Assembly (NCBI GenBank): GCA_030524105.1
Contig: JAUNHE010000008.1
Coordinates: forward strand, 64,128 to 128,127
Length of the DNA stretch: 64,000 nt
Direction of reading: 5' to 3'
DNA from: Rothia sp. (in: high G+C Gram-positive bacteria)
GTDB lineage: Bacteria > Actinomycetota > Actinomycetes > Actinomycetales > Micrococcaceae
In this document: positions 50,074-59,459 of the stretch, piece after piece
How positions within the stretch are numbered: position 1 is the first letter of the stretch
Layout of the letters: every line of letters starts with the position of its first letter
Made by a program: the position numbers and the translations under genes
The notes under the pieces: generated by a model
The model's input: the letters and a program-made list of their open reading frames with translations, nothing else
Told to the model about the DNA's origin: nothing
Databases searched by the model: none

Positions 50074-51321
50074 TTGCAGGTCTTCTTTATCTACGCCCTG
50101 AGCCGCCTGTGGGCTCTTGTTCTCTTTATGCTGATTGCCCGCCAGCAGCAGGTTAACCCCTGGGGGGAGCAAGCGCCCAGCTATCTAGACTTCATTAGTT
50201 TTTGGGATTCTGGCTGGTATAAGCAGATTAGCCATAGCGGTTACCCTAGGGAATTACCTCAAGATCAGAACGGAACCGTCCTGGAGAACCCCTGGGCCTT
50301 TTACCCGCTTTTTCCCATGCTGGTTAGTATTTTTTATACCGGCTTGGGCCTTAGTTATCAGCCGGTAGCTGCCCTCCTAGCAACCGCCAGCGGTTTTGTG
50401 GCAGCCTACCTTATCTACCGTTTGTTTCTGCTGTCCTTAAAGATGCTGGAGCCGGCAGAAGAAGAAAGCTCCGCTAGCTGGCTGGCTGAAAGTAAAGAGT
50501 CTCTGGCCCTGTGGGCTCTTGCAGCCTTTGCCTTTTTACCGGTTTCTCCTATTTTGCAGGTTCCCTATGCCGAGTCTCTAAACCTTATTTTTTTGACGGG
50601 AACCCTCCTCCTTTTAATGCGTGCCCGCTGGTGGGCGGCAGCGGGGCTGGCAGTTTTTGCCTGTCTATCGCGTCCGGTAGGAGTTCCGCTAGGGGCAACC
50701 GCCGGTATCTACTGGCTGTTTGCTTATTGCCGGCTGTATAGGCAGTATCGGGCAGAGCAGGCAGAAGATAAAAGTTTAGCTGGCTTAGCAGCTAACCTCC
50801 TGCGAGCCTTAGGGTCCAGCTGGCAGCAGCTGGTTTCTGCCTTGCTCATCTGCGCCTGGGCCCTGCTCTGGCCCCTTTTTGCCTGGCTGCGTACCGGGCG
50901 AATAGACGCCTATACCGCAACAGAAACAGCCTGGCGGGCCAGCAGTTTAGAACCTGTCTTACCCTGGCTGCTGCAGGCAGAAAAATATTTTGGCGCCTTT
51001 GGTCTTCCGGTTCTTATTCTTCTGCTGCTTGCCTTTGTACTCCTCTTGCGCTCGCGCCTGCTGGCCCGCTACCTGCACCCGCTCTTGATTAGCTGGTGCG
51101 CCCTCTACGGTTTGTACCTATTTTTGTTTTTAAATCCGCAGAGTTCCCTCTTTCGTCTGCTGCTTCCTCTTTTTCCGCTCTGCCTGGCGCTTGTGGCCAT
51201 TTCTACCTCTCGTGCCTATAGGGTTTTGCTTGTGCTGACCGGTGCTGTGCTACAGTTTGGCTGGTTAGGCTGGCTTTGGCACTGGAAACCCTTACCCGGT
51301 GGCGGGGACTACCCGCCTTAA
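50074..51321 (+). CDS. Polytopic membrane protein, GT-C-type glycosyltransferase-like (DUF2029/GT87 mannosyltransferase-like)
   Basis: ~11 TM helices with a periplasmic-loop motif ISFWDSGWYKQISHSGYPRE...NPWAFYPLFP. The track start is TTG, so the true start is uncertain. Confidence 0.4.
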   Translation: MQVFFIYALSRLWALVLFMLIARQQQVNPWGEQAPSYLDFISFWDSGWYKQISHSGYPRELPQDQNGTVLENPWAFYPLFPMLVSIFYTGLGLSYQPVAALLATASGFVAAYLIYRLFLLSLKMLEPAEEESSASWLAESKESLALWALAAFAFLPVSPILQVPYAESLNLIFLTGTLLLLMRARWWAAAGLAVFACLSRPVGVPLGATAGIYWLFAYCRLYRQYRAEQAEDKSLAGLAANLLRALGSSWQQLVSALLICAWALLWPLFAWLRTGRIDAYTATETAWRASSLEPVLPWLLQAEKYFGAFGLPVLILLLLAFVLLLRSRLLARYLHPLLISWCALYGLYLFLFLNPQSSLFRLLLPLFPLCLALVAISTSRAYRVLLVLTGAVLQFGWLGWLWHWKPLPGGGDYPP

Positions 51322-51503
51322 GGTCCCTGGCAAAAGCCGGCAAAGCAGAATAGAATAGTTGACGAACACTTATCTATTTAGGTGAGCCAACGACAGCACA
51401 CATAAAGACTCGCGGACTTACTTAACCTTATCGCGGTGGAGCCGGCAAACGAGCTTCTGGCCCAGCGCAGAAAGGCAGGGGCCGCTGGCAAAGGAGAAAT
51501 AAG

Positions 51504-51665
51504 ATGGCGGCGCAGAAACCACGTACCGGTGACGGTCCCCTGGAGATTGTCGCGGAGGGTCGTAGTACCATCATGCGGATTCCCCTTGAAGGGGGAGGGC
51601 GCCTGGTCTTAGAAATTTCTTCTGAAGAGATTGAAGCTCTTAAGGCTTGCCTGGAAAATTTTTAG
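51504..51665 (+). CDS. Conserved actinobacterial small protein, DUF3117-like (53 aa)
   Basis: AAGGAG RBS 7 nt upstream. MAAQKPRTGDGPLEIVAEGRSTIMRIPLEGGGRLVLEISSEEIEALKACLENF follows the PRTGDGPLE...PLEGGGRLV pattern I recall for DUF3117. Absent from the ORF track (60-aa minimum). Confidence 0.45.
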   Translation: MAAQKPRTGDGPLEIVAEGRSTIMRIPLEGGGRLVLEISSEEIEALKACLENF

Positions 51666-51741
51666 AAGCCCGCTGAACCGGTTAGCCAGCACCGGTGATG
51701 GACCCTATGCCAGCTAAAGATCCGGCTTCTGGCCGGCCCAG

Positions 51742-52395
51742 CTAACGTTTATAAACCAGGTAGAGACCCTGCCTGGCATGGAGTAGGCTGACAAAAACAT
51801 CGTCGCGGCATTCCTGGACATCCTGTAAAACCCTGCGGTGGGCGGCGGTGACAGGATCCCGCTGGGCAGGGTTGGCCACCGCTCCAGCATTAAGGGCGTC
51901 GTTGACGATGAGTAGCCCACCCTGATGCAGCAGGGCTAGGGCCTGATAGACACAGAACTCGGTTAATTCCGGCACCAGATCAAGGAAAATAAGGTCATAG
52001 GACTGGGATGAAAGCCGGGGCAGTACTCGTTGGGCGGCACCAACAATAGTACGAATACGTCGATTACCCTCCCAGCCCGAACGCTGGACCAACTCCCTGG
52101 CCTTTTGGCTGCGGGAACTATCAATGTCCAGGGTGGTCAGGGCGGCCTGTGCTGTTAAACCTTGGAGGAGGGCCAGGGTAGACACTCCGGTTCCGGTGCC
52201 GATTTCTAGGACATTCTCTGCCCGGCTACTGGCACACAGCAGGGTTAGCAGGGAAGCGGTGTGGGCGCTGACCGGTTGGGCACCCAGTATTTCCGCAGCC
52301 TCACGGGCAGTGTGTATGATAGCGGGTTCACAGGGAAAGGACTCTGTGTAAGACCAGACCAAGGTTCTATCAGTCTTATGTGCTGGAGTTTCCAA
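51742..52395 (-). CDS. Class I SAM-dependent O-methyltransferase (CCoAOMT-like)
   Basis: SAM motif VLEIGTGTGVSTLAL and acidic motif LIFLDL. Confidence 0.7.
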   Translation of the reverse strand: METPAHKTDRTLVWSYTESFPCEPAIIHTAREAAEILGAQPVSAHTASLLTLLCASSRAENVLEIGTGTGVSTLALLQGLTAQAALTTLDIDSSRSQKARELVQRSGWEGNRRIRTIVGAAQRVLPRLSSQSYDLIFLDLVPELTEFCVYQALALLHQGGLLIVNDALNAGAVANPAQRDPVTAAHRRVLQDVQECRDDVFVSLLHARQGLYLVYKR

Positions 52396-52515
52396 AATAT
52401 TGCCTCATACGTTGTCGCCTACCAAAAAAGCATCGCTCCGAACATCATATAGAACTCTAGCCAAGGTCGCTTATCTTTCAGGTTTTCAAGAGGTAAAACT
52501 GGTAACCTTCCTAAT

Positions 52516-52893
52516 GTGTTCGGTATCAATGGTATGGAATTTATTATCATCATCATTCTGGCTTTTGTTGTCATTGGCCCAGAACGTATGCCCGAGTACG
52601 CCCAAAAACTTAAAGAGGGCGTCAAATGGGCCCGAGGTGTAGCTTTTTCTGCCCGGGATGATCTTAAAGAAACGCTGGGGGATTCTCCCCTGGGAGATTT
52701 TGACTGGCGTCAATACGATCCCCGCCAGTATGACCCGCGCACCATTGTGCGTGAAGCCCTGGCAGAAGACGACGCTGAACGGGCCGCAGCCTTGGAAGCT
52801 GAACAAGCAGAACTGGACGCTGCGCCCAGCGCAGCGAGGCTGAAAAGACTCCCTCCCGGGGCCTACGCCCCCTTTGACGTAGAAGCTACCTAG
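52516..52893 (+). CDS. tatB: Sec-independent protein translocase TatB (TatA/B/E family)
   Basis: GTG start. MFGINGMEFIIIIILAFVVIGPERMPEY is a TM helix plus the GPERMP hinge motif, followed by an amphipathic helix. 125 aa. Confidence 0.7.
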   Translation: MFGINGMEFIIIIILAFVVIGPERMPEYAQKLKEGVKWARGVAFSARDDLKETLGDSPLGDFDWRQYDPRQYDPRTIVREALAEDDAERAAALEAEQAELDAAPSAARLKRLPPGAYAPFDVEAT

Positions 52894-54049
52894 AGGAAAA
52901 ATGCAGGGGAAGCTGCCTGCCCGATAAATTCCGGCTGCGGTGAGCTAAGCCCTCTGCTATCTGATCAATAACCCGTGCTGCCGCAGAGTCCGGATACTGC
53001 CAGAGGAGGGGACCGCCGGCATCGCCAGCCTGCCTGAGCTGCATATCAAGCGGAACCGAACCGAGGAGGGGAACCGGATAACCCAGTGAGTCTGTCAGCC
53101 GCTGGGCCAGTAGCTCACCTCCACCGCTGCCAAAGATATCTAGAACGCTACCGTCGGCAAGCTTTAAGCCAGCCATATTTTCAATAACCCCAACTACTTT
53201 TTGCTTGGTCTGCATGCTCAGGGTCCCGGCCCTCTCTGCCACCTCAACAGCTGCCTGCTGCGGGGTAGAAACCAGCAGGAGTCCGGCCTGCGGTAAAAGC
53301 TGAGCCATGGAGATGGCAATATCACCGGTGCCCGGGGGCAAATCCAGCAGCAAGATATCCAGGGCCCCAAAGTGAACGTCGGTTAAAAACTGTTCCAAGG
53401 CCCTGTGCAGCATGGGACCACGCCAGGCAACCGGCTGGTTGCTGGCCAAAAACATGCCAATTGAAATGACCTTAATGCAGCCAGCCGCTTGGCGGCCCCC
53501 CTGATCCTGGACTTGGCCTGCTTCAAGAACCGGTGGCAGGATCATCTCATCCATGCGGGTGGGCCCCTGGTCAAGGCCCAGTATGCCGGGAATAGAAAAG
53601 CCGTGTATGTCGGCATCAATAAGGCCAACAGTCAGGCCACGATTGGCTAGGGCAGCAGCTAGGTTGGCTGTCATGGAGGACTTGCCCACTCCGCCTTTAC
53701 CGGAAACTACAGCGTAAACCTGGGTGAGTGAATCTGGCCGGGTAAAAGGATTTTCCCGCCGGTAACCCAGCTTCTGCCTGAGCTGTTCCCGCTGCTGGGC
53801 GTTCATATAGTCGATCTCAAGCTCAACTGCCTCAACGTCCTTAAGGCTCAGAGCTGCAGCGCGCACCTGCTCCTCAATACGTGCCCGTAAGGGGCAGCCC
53901 TCAACGGTCAGCAAAATAGTTACATAGGCGGTGCCCTGCTCCACTACAGCCAGATCAACCATACCCAGTTCTGTGATCGGCTGGCGGAGCTCCGGGTCAT
54001 AGACCGTAGCCAGGGCCTGGCGAAGTGTATGGGTAGAGCTAGACATCAT
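52886..54049 (-). CDS. mrp: Mrp/ApbC Fe-S cluster carrier ATPase with N-terminal DUF59 domain
   Basis: DUF59 region (LATVYDPELRQPITELGMV), a deviant Walker A GKGGVGKSS and a CxxC region. Convergent 8-bp overlap with tatB. Confidence 0.85.
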   Translation of the reverse strand: MMSSSTHTLRQALATVYDPELRQPITELGMVDLAVVEQGTAYVTILLTVEGCPLRARIEEQVRAAALSLKDVEAVELEIDYMNAQQREQLRQKLGYRRENPFTRPDSLTQVYAVVSGKGGVGKSSMTANLAAALANRGLTVGLIDADIHGFSIPGILGLDQGPTRMDEMILPPVLEAGQVQDQGGRQAAGCIKVISIGMFLASNQPVAWRGPMLHRALEQFLTDVHFGALDILLLDLPPGTGDIAISMAQLLPQAGLLLVSTPQQAAVEVAERAGTLSMQTKQKVVGVIENMAGLKLADGSVLDIFGSGGGELLAQRLTDSLGYPVPLLGSVPLDMQLRQAGDAGGPLLWQYPDSAAARVIDQIAEGLAHRSRNLSGRQLPLHFSSR

Positions 54050-54062
54050 CTTCCTTACAATC

Positions 54063-54716
54063 TTAGGTGTCGCTAGAGTCTGTCATACTCTGCTCAACGT
54101 CCTTGACCTTAACCTTCTTAATCTTCTTTTTAGACTTTGCCTCATCGCCAAGAATACTGATGGCACCGGTTTTAGGGTCGGTTATTTCCTGCGGCTGGCC
54201 CGTCAGGCCTGCACGGGACTCAATCTCCTCCAGCTTTTCCATCAGATCACGCAGCTCACCGCGGACATAGTCTCGGGTTGCTACCTCCCGCAGGGCAATG
54301 CGCAGGGCAGCAATTTCTCGGGTTAAATACTGGGTTTCTTCCAGGTTTTGCTGGTCACGCTGCCTATCCTGAGAGGCGATTACTCGATCCCTGTCATCTT
54401 GGCGGTTTTGGGCCAGCAGCAGCAAGGGAGCAGCGTAGGAGGCCTGCAAGGAGAGGGCTAGGGTGAGCAGGGTAAAGTTGAGAGCACGCGGATCAAACTG
54501 CCAGCTTTCCGGAGCCAGTGTATTCCAGCCCAGCCAGCAGGCACAAAAAATGGTCATCCACAAAATAAACTGGGGGGTACCCATAAAACGGGCGATGGCC
54601 TCGGTCGCCCGGCCAAAACGATCCGGGTTTGCGTGGGCTAAGACTCGCCGGCGAGATTCCTGCGGCGTTGAGAGCCGTTCATCGTAGGAGGATCGATCCC
54701 GGTTCTTATCACTCAA
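54063..54716 (-). CDS. DUF1003 membrane protein
   Basis: A conserved GTPQFILWMTIFCACWLGWN...QNRQDDRDR block; 2 TM helices. Confidence 0.6.
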   Translation of the reverse strand: MSDKNRDRSSYDERLSTPQESRRRVLAHANPDRFGRATEAIARFMGTPQFILWMTIFCACWLGWNTLAPESWQFDPRALNFTLLTLALSLQASYAAPLLLLAQNRQDDRDRVIASQDRQRDQQNLEETQYLTREIAALRIALREVATRDYVRGELRDLMEKLEEIESRAGLTGQPQEITDPKTGAISILGDEAKSKKKIKKVKVKDVEQSMTDSSDT

Positions 54717-56028
54717 AGCGTCGCCCTACCTTTCGAATCGGTGTGCCGTCGTCATAGGTCCGCCAGTTTTCTGGCAGGATAGCGTCAAGAACGTCGTCAA
54801 TGGTTACGGCCCCAACTAACCGGTTAAGCTCATTGATCACCGGAATAATGGTGAGGTCGTAGGTTGCCAAAATACGAGCTAGCTCCTCCAAGCTGGTCAT
54901 ATCGGCAACGGGCTCAATAGAAGAGTCAATGAGGTTACCCACCTGCTCACTGGGCGGGTAGCGCAGTAACTGCTGCATATGTACCATACCCAAGTATTTA
55001 CCGGTAGGTGTCTCTAACGGTGGGCGGGTGATGAGGACCGCAGCAGCCATAGCCGGGGCAATTTCTTCTTGACGAATATGGGCCAGGGCTTCGGCTACGC
55101 TGGCTTCAGGCGAGAGGATAATAGGAACCGGGTTCATCAAAGACCCGGCAGTACCTTCCTCATATTCAAGGAGGCGGCGTACGTCCTCTGCCTCATCACT
55201 TTCCATCAGATGCAGCAGCTGCTCACGCTGGATATCCGAAAGCTCGTTGAGCAAGTCTGCCGCGTCGTCAGGTTCCATCTCTTCCAGAATTTGGGCGGCA
55301 CGCTCAACATCCAAGTGTGAGAGGATCTCAACCTGGTCCTCTTCAGGCAGTTCCTGCATGACGTCGGCTAGGCGTTCGTCCTGTAGTTCGTGGGCAATTT
55401 CTACCATGCGTTTGTCATTCATTTCATGGATGGCGTCGGCCAGGTCCGCCGGGTTAGCATCTTCATGGTTAGCCACAAAAGCTGTTGCTGCCTGTGGTTC
55501 CAAGTCTGTTGAGAGGATGGCCTCAGACCAGTCGACAATGAGTGTGTCCTTGCGCCTGCGCAGCAGGGAAGCACCGTCCTGCACCCGGGAAACAAAGAGT
55601 TCGGAAAGAAACCAGTCACCGTTACGGCGCTGTTCCATTGCTACATCTTCTATCATGGCCTGGCCAGCATGCTGGGCTAACCGTACCTGCCGGTCAAAAA
55701 TTTCGCCGACAACAAGAGCCTCAGAGCCACGTTGCTCAAAACGCCGTAAATTAACCAGGCCGGTGCAGATAATCTGGCTGGGTTCAATGGAGGTAATTCT
55801 GGTCATGGGAACAAAGATTCGTTTTTTACCCAGAACCTCGATAACGATACCAACCACAACCGGTTCTTTACCTTTTTGGCCACCGGAGCCGGTCAGGGCG
55901 GCTAGGGGCCCAAAACTTCTTTTGAGCACTACAACATCACGCAGGCGTCCTAGACGATCACCCACAGGGTCAAATACGTCCAGGCCCAAAAGCCGGGCAA
56001 TAAAAATTTTGTTTGGTGTAGTACTCAC
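54709..56028 (-). CDS. MgtE-like cytoplasmic protein (MgtE N-terminal domain plus CBS pair) without a transmembrane domain
   Basis: PRC-like N-terminus, an MgtE_N helical region (acidic EEDQVEILSHLDVERAAQILEEMEPDDAADLLNELSD) and CBS pairs. No hydrophobic C-terminal segment. Overlaps the DUF1003 gene by 8 nt. Confidence 0.55.
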   Translation of the reverse strand: MSTTPNKIFIARLLGLDVFDPVGDRLGRLRDVVVLKRSFGPLAALTGSGGQKGKEPVVVGIVIEVLGKKRIFVPMTRITSIEPSQIICTGLVNLRRFEQRGSEALVVGEIFDRQVRLAQHAGQAMIEDVAMEQRRNGDWFLSELFVSRVQDGASLLRRRKDTLIVDWSEAILSTDLEPQAATAFVANHEDANPADLADAIHEMNDKRMVEIAHELQDERLADVMQELPEEDQVEILSHLDVERAAQILEEMEPDDAADLLNELSDIQREQLLHLMESDEAEDVRRLLEYEEGTAGSLMNPVPIILSPEASVAEALAHIRQEEIAPAMAAAVLITRPPLETPTGKYLGMVHMQQLLRYPPSEQVGNLIDSSIEPVADMTSLEELARILATYDLTIIPVINELNRLVGAVTIDDVLDAILPENWRTYDDGTPIRKVGRRFE

Positions 56029-56154
56029 CTTTCTAGGGTACGTGCTAGCGGCTTAGAATGACACATGTATCTGCATAAAGTTGCTGATTTCGCCTGCTGC
56101 GATACTAGCTCTTCTACTCAGCCAACCCCCAAAATGATCAGTGAAAATAGAGGT

Positions 56155-57036
56155 ATGGACGCAAACCAATACCCAGCAATCATTAGACAGGCAGAACCCG
56201 ATAAAGTGCCAGAGGGGGAGCTTGTTGCTTATTTCCAGGACCGCCAGCAGCTCCAAGAAGCTCTGACGCGTTTGCTTGCTGCTAACTTTCCTATGCAAAC
56301 CCTCTTTATTGTGGGGCGAAACATTACCCAGGTAGAGTACTTTGGCGGCAAGTTAACCTATCCGCGTGTCATTCTTAGCTCAGCAGCCAGCGGTGCCTTT
56401 TTTGGGGCCCTTATTGGTTTGGTGACCGCCCTCTTTACCGGCACACAAGTCCTGCCCCACCTCATTACTTCTGTGCCGTTAGGTATTGCTATTTGGGTTC
56501 TCACCGGTTTATTTGGCTTTGCCCGGGCACAAAATCGCAATGGTACGGCGCTGACCATGCGGGGGCAAACAATTCCCGGCAGCCTGGAATTGCGGGCCCA
56601 CCAGCAGACTGCCTCACAGGCCAGGAATATTCTGGGGGTTGGTCCCGAGTCCTCCCGAATACCGGCCCACCTACCGGGGCCATCCGCTGCAGGTCAGGCC
56701 CCGGACTGGGATAAGAGCGATCCTGGCAAATTTGTCGGCCCAGAATACAACCGGGACGGCTCCAAGGCTGGCGGCAAATTTGGCCTACGGATCACAGATC
56801 CACAAGAATACGCCCAGGCCCTGCGTCCTGAGCCCGCTCCGGCTAGTAACAACGAGCGGATTGAGGCTATTCGAGCAGAACAAAAACAGGGCCGTTACGG
56901 GCTTAAGGTAGAGGACCCAGAAGAATTTGAGGCCAGCCTGCGTAAGCCGCCAGCCAGTGAGGCAGAACCTTCTACTAGCCAGCAGCCTGATTCTGCCCAG
57001 CAGCCAGAGCAGCCATCCAAGCCTCAAGATCACTAA
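56155..57036 (+). CDS. Membrane protein, general-stress-protein-17M-like (Rv1234-like), with a repeated C-terminal motif
   Basis: ATG at 56155 after GAAAATAGAGG. Two TM helices (VILSSAASGAFFGALIGLVTALF, VPLGIAIWVLTGLFGF). The C-terminus repeats G(K/R)(F/Y)GL(R/K)(I/V)xDP(Q/E)E(Y/F)xxxLR(P/K)(E/P)P twice. Confidence 0.5.
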   Translation: MDANQYPAIIRQAEPDKVPEGELVAYFQDRQQLQEALTRLLAANFPMQTLFIVGRNITQVEYFGGKLTYPRVILSSAASGAFFGALIGLVTALFTGTQVLPHLITSVPLGIAIWVLTGLFGFARAQNRNGTALTMRGQTIPGSLELRAHQQTASQARNILGVGPESSRIPAHLPGPSAAGQAPDWDKSDPGKFVGPEYNRDGSKAGGKFGLRITDPQEYAQALRPEPAPASNNERIEAIRAEQKQGRYGLKVEDPEEFEASLRKPPASEAEPSTSQQPDSAQQPEQPSKPQDH

Positions 57037-58549
57037 TGGTTCGTGGCAACCCGGCCGACAAATTCTCGTTGCCGCTGGGGGTAATGAGCACGTCGTCTTC
57101 AATCCGGATGCCAATACCGCGCAGCTGCGGATCAATAGCCATATCTTCCTCCTTAAAATAGAGGCCCGGCTCAATGGTAAAGACCATGCCCGGTTCTAGA
57201 ACACCGTCCAGATAGAGCTCCCGTTTAGCCTGGGCACAGTCGTGTACGTCTAGCCCTAGATGGTGGCTGGTTCCGTGGGGCATCCAACGCCGATGCTGGC
57301 CCCCCTGATCCGAGAGGGAAACCGAGGCCGAGACAGGCAGCAGCCCCCAGTCTGCTAGCCGCTCTGCCAGCACCTGCATAGCGGCCTCATGCACCTCCCT
57401 AAATTTACGGCCAGGCAGGGCAACAGCAAAAGCTGCATCGGCTGCATCCAGGACAGCTTGATAGACCCGGGCCTGAACCTCACTAAAACGACCGTTAACC
57501 GGGAAAGTACGGGTGATATCGGCCGTATAGAGGGTCTCATCTTCGACTCCGGCGTCCAGGAGAATGAGCTTACCGTCCTGGACAGGGCCGTTATTCCTAA
57601 TCCAATGTAAAATCGTGGCATTGTTACCGCAGGCAGCAATGGTGTCATAACCCAGGTCGTTGCCTTCCTGGCGTGCTTTTGCAAAAAATGCACCTTCAAC
57701 CACCCTCTCGCCGCGGGCATGGGCACGAGCCTGCGGCAGGGCCCGCACAACCTCTTCAAAACCAGCGATGGTGTGGGCTATGGAACGCCGTATATTGTGG
57801 ATTTCCAGTTCATCCTTGATCAGTCGAGCCTCCGAGAGAGCCTCAGCCAGCAGGCCATCCTCCTGATCGGCTGCTTCTAAATCAACTCCGGTATTGTAGC
57901 GGCAGGTATCTACCAGAGCATCCACGGCAGGGTCAACATTACGTACCAGCCTAATCTGCACCCCACCAAGGCCGGCATGACCAGCGTTTTTGCTAATAGC
58001 TACCTCTAGCTCAGCAAGGTCTTTGCAGACGATCCCATACTGGGCTTCAAGGGCCGCCAGCGAGGGCCTAGGCCCTACCCAGAATTCCCCGTAACGGGGA
58101 TTGGCATAAAAATCTTTGCTATCGCGGCCCTGAAGGGGACGAAAATACAGGGTTACTTCGTGGTCGGAGCCGGCATCACCCTGCCCGGGCTCAACGGGTT
58201 CAAAAACCAAGACTGCATCCGGCTCGTGGTCAGTGCCCAGGCCAGTCTGGTGGGCAAAGGCCGAGTGGGGCCGAAAGCGGTAATCGGTGTCGTTAGAACG
58301 GACTTTTAAGGGGCCGGCCGGCAGAACCAGCCGCTGGCCAGAGAACTTTTTTGAAATTGCCTGCCGCCGTTTAAGGGCGTAGTCGGCCACCTGGGCCCGG
58401 GCCGGTAGGTCTTGTGATGCTGCTGCCCACTGAGAAGCCATAAAGTCCATAAAAGCCTGCGAGGCCGGTGGCTGAGAACGGTTATTGACCCGCTCTTCTA
58501 GGGGCTGCTGCTCTGAAGGGTAATCTGATGCGGAAACGGAAGTAGTCAT
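56975..58549 (-). CDS. pepP: Xaa-Pro aminopeptidase (M24B, PepP/PepQ-like)
   Basis: A creatinase-like N-domain plus M24 metal ligands (DAGVEDETLYTADITRT, HGTSHHLGLDVHD, IEPG, IRIEDD). The true start may be internal. Confidence 0.8.
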   Translation of the reverse strand: MTTSVSASDYPSEQQPLEERVNNRSQPPASQAFMDFMASQWAAASQDLPARAQVADYALKRRQAISKKFSGQRLVLPAGPLKVRSNDTDYRFRPHSAFAHQTGLGTDHEPDAVLVFEPVEPGQGDAGSDHEVTLYFRPLQGRDSKDFYANPRYGEFWVGPRPSLAALEAQYGIVCKDLAELEVAISKNAGHAGLGGVQIRLVRNVDPAVDALVDTCRYNTGVDLEAADQEDGLLAEALSEARLIKDELEIHNIRRSIAHTIAGFEEVVRALPQARAHARGERVVEGAFFAKARQEGNDLGYDTIAACGNNATILHWIRNNGPVQDGKLILLDAGVEDETLYTADITRTFPVNGRFSEVQARVYQAVLDAADAAFAVALPGRKFREVHEAAMQVLAERLADWGLLPVSASVSLSDQGGQHRRWMPHGTSHHLGLDVHDCAQAKRELYLDGVLEPGMVFTIEPGLYFKEEDMAIDPQLRGIGIRIEDDVLITPSGNENLSAGLPRTISDLEAWMAALAAGQNQAAG

Positions 58550-58571
58550 AATAATTAACCCTAAACCCTCT

Positions 58572-59420
58572 ATGATGATTGGTATGGCTTATGATCTCCA
58601 TACACATTCAAAAATATCGGATGGTACGCAGACCGTTGCTGAACTCGTCAGGCAAGTTGCACAGACCAAACTGACCGGTTTTGCCCTCACTGACCACGAC
58701 ACCAGCGCCGGCTGGGCCCAAGCCGCCCAAGAAGCTGAAGCACAAGGCCTGGACTTTGTGCCCGGTATGGAGATCTCCTGTACCCAGCAAGGCCTGAGCA
58801 TTCATCTGCTCAGTTACTTTCACGATCCCAACTACCAGCCGCTGCTCAAAGAAATCCAGCAAGCCCGGCAGGCCCGGCTGGACCGGGCCCACAGGATGGT
58901 TGATTTAATAAGCCGGGATTACCCCATTAGCTGGGAGCAGGTGCAGAAGCAAGCCGGGCCCGGAGCTACCTTAGGAAGACCCCACATTGCTGATGCCTTG
59001 CTGGCTGCCGGGCTAGTGGCCGACCGTAGCCAGGCTTTTGCTACTATTCTTGCCGCAGATTCACCCTATTACCTGCCCTATGAGGCGCTAAACCCCAGCA
59101 GGGCCGTAGAGTTGGTTCGGGCAGCTGGGGGAGTGCCAGTGCTAGCCCACCCCAAGGCAGCAAACCGCGGCGCTGCCATACCCAGCCAGCTCATTAGAGA
59201 GATGATCCAAGCCGGTCTGCTGGGTTTAGAAGTCTACCACCGGGACAACGGGCCCCAGCACCGGCTGGAACTTAGCCGGCTGGCAGAGCAGCATCACCTA
59301 CTGATAACGGGCTCCTCCGACTACCACGGAGCCGGTAAACCCAACCAGCTGGGCGAACATACCACCAGTGACCAGACCTTAGCCAGGATCCGCCAGCTAG
59401 CAGGCCAGCCTGAGAGCTAA
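58572..59420 (+). CDS. PHP-domain phosphoesterase (TrpH/YciV-like)
   Basis: YDLHTHSKISDGT and ALTDHDT motifs of the PHP family. Confidence 0.7.
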   Translation: MMIGMAYDLHTHSKISDGTQTVAELVRQVAQTKLTGFALTDHDTSAGWAQAAQEAEAQGLDFVPGMEISCTQQGLSIHLLSYFHDPNYQPLLKEIQQARQARLDRAHRMVDLISRDYPISWEQVQKQAGPGATLGRPHIADALLAAGLVADRSQAFATILAADSPYYLPYEALNPSRAVELVRAAGGVPVLAHPKAANRGAAIPSQLIREMIQAGLLGLEVYHRDNGPQHRLELSRLAEQHHLLITGSSDYHGAGKPNQLGEHTTSDQTLARIRQLAGQPES

Positions 59421-59459
59421 CGGTTTAAGAAACCGTGCCTCTATTCAAGGGGGCCTCTT

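Noticed and set aside
55247-56056. Long antisense ORFs: 269 aa opposite the mgtE-like gene; also 224 aa at 6322-6996, 201 aa at 13409-14014, 190 aa at 32632-33204, 155 aa at 1393-1860
   Set aside because: They are Ser/Arg/Pro-rich low-complexity translations on the opposite strand or an alternate frame of well-supported genes. Such ORFs are typical artefacts of high-GC DNA and have no RBS or family resemblance.
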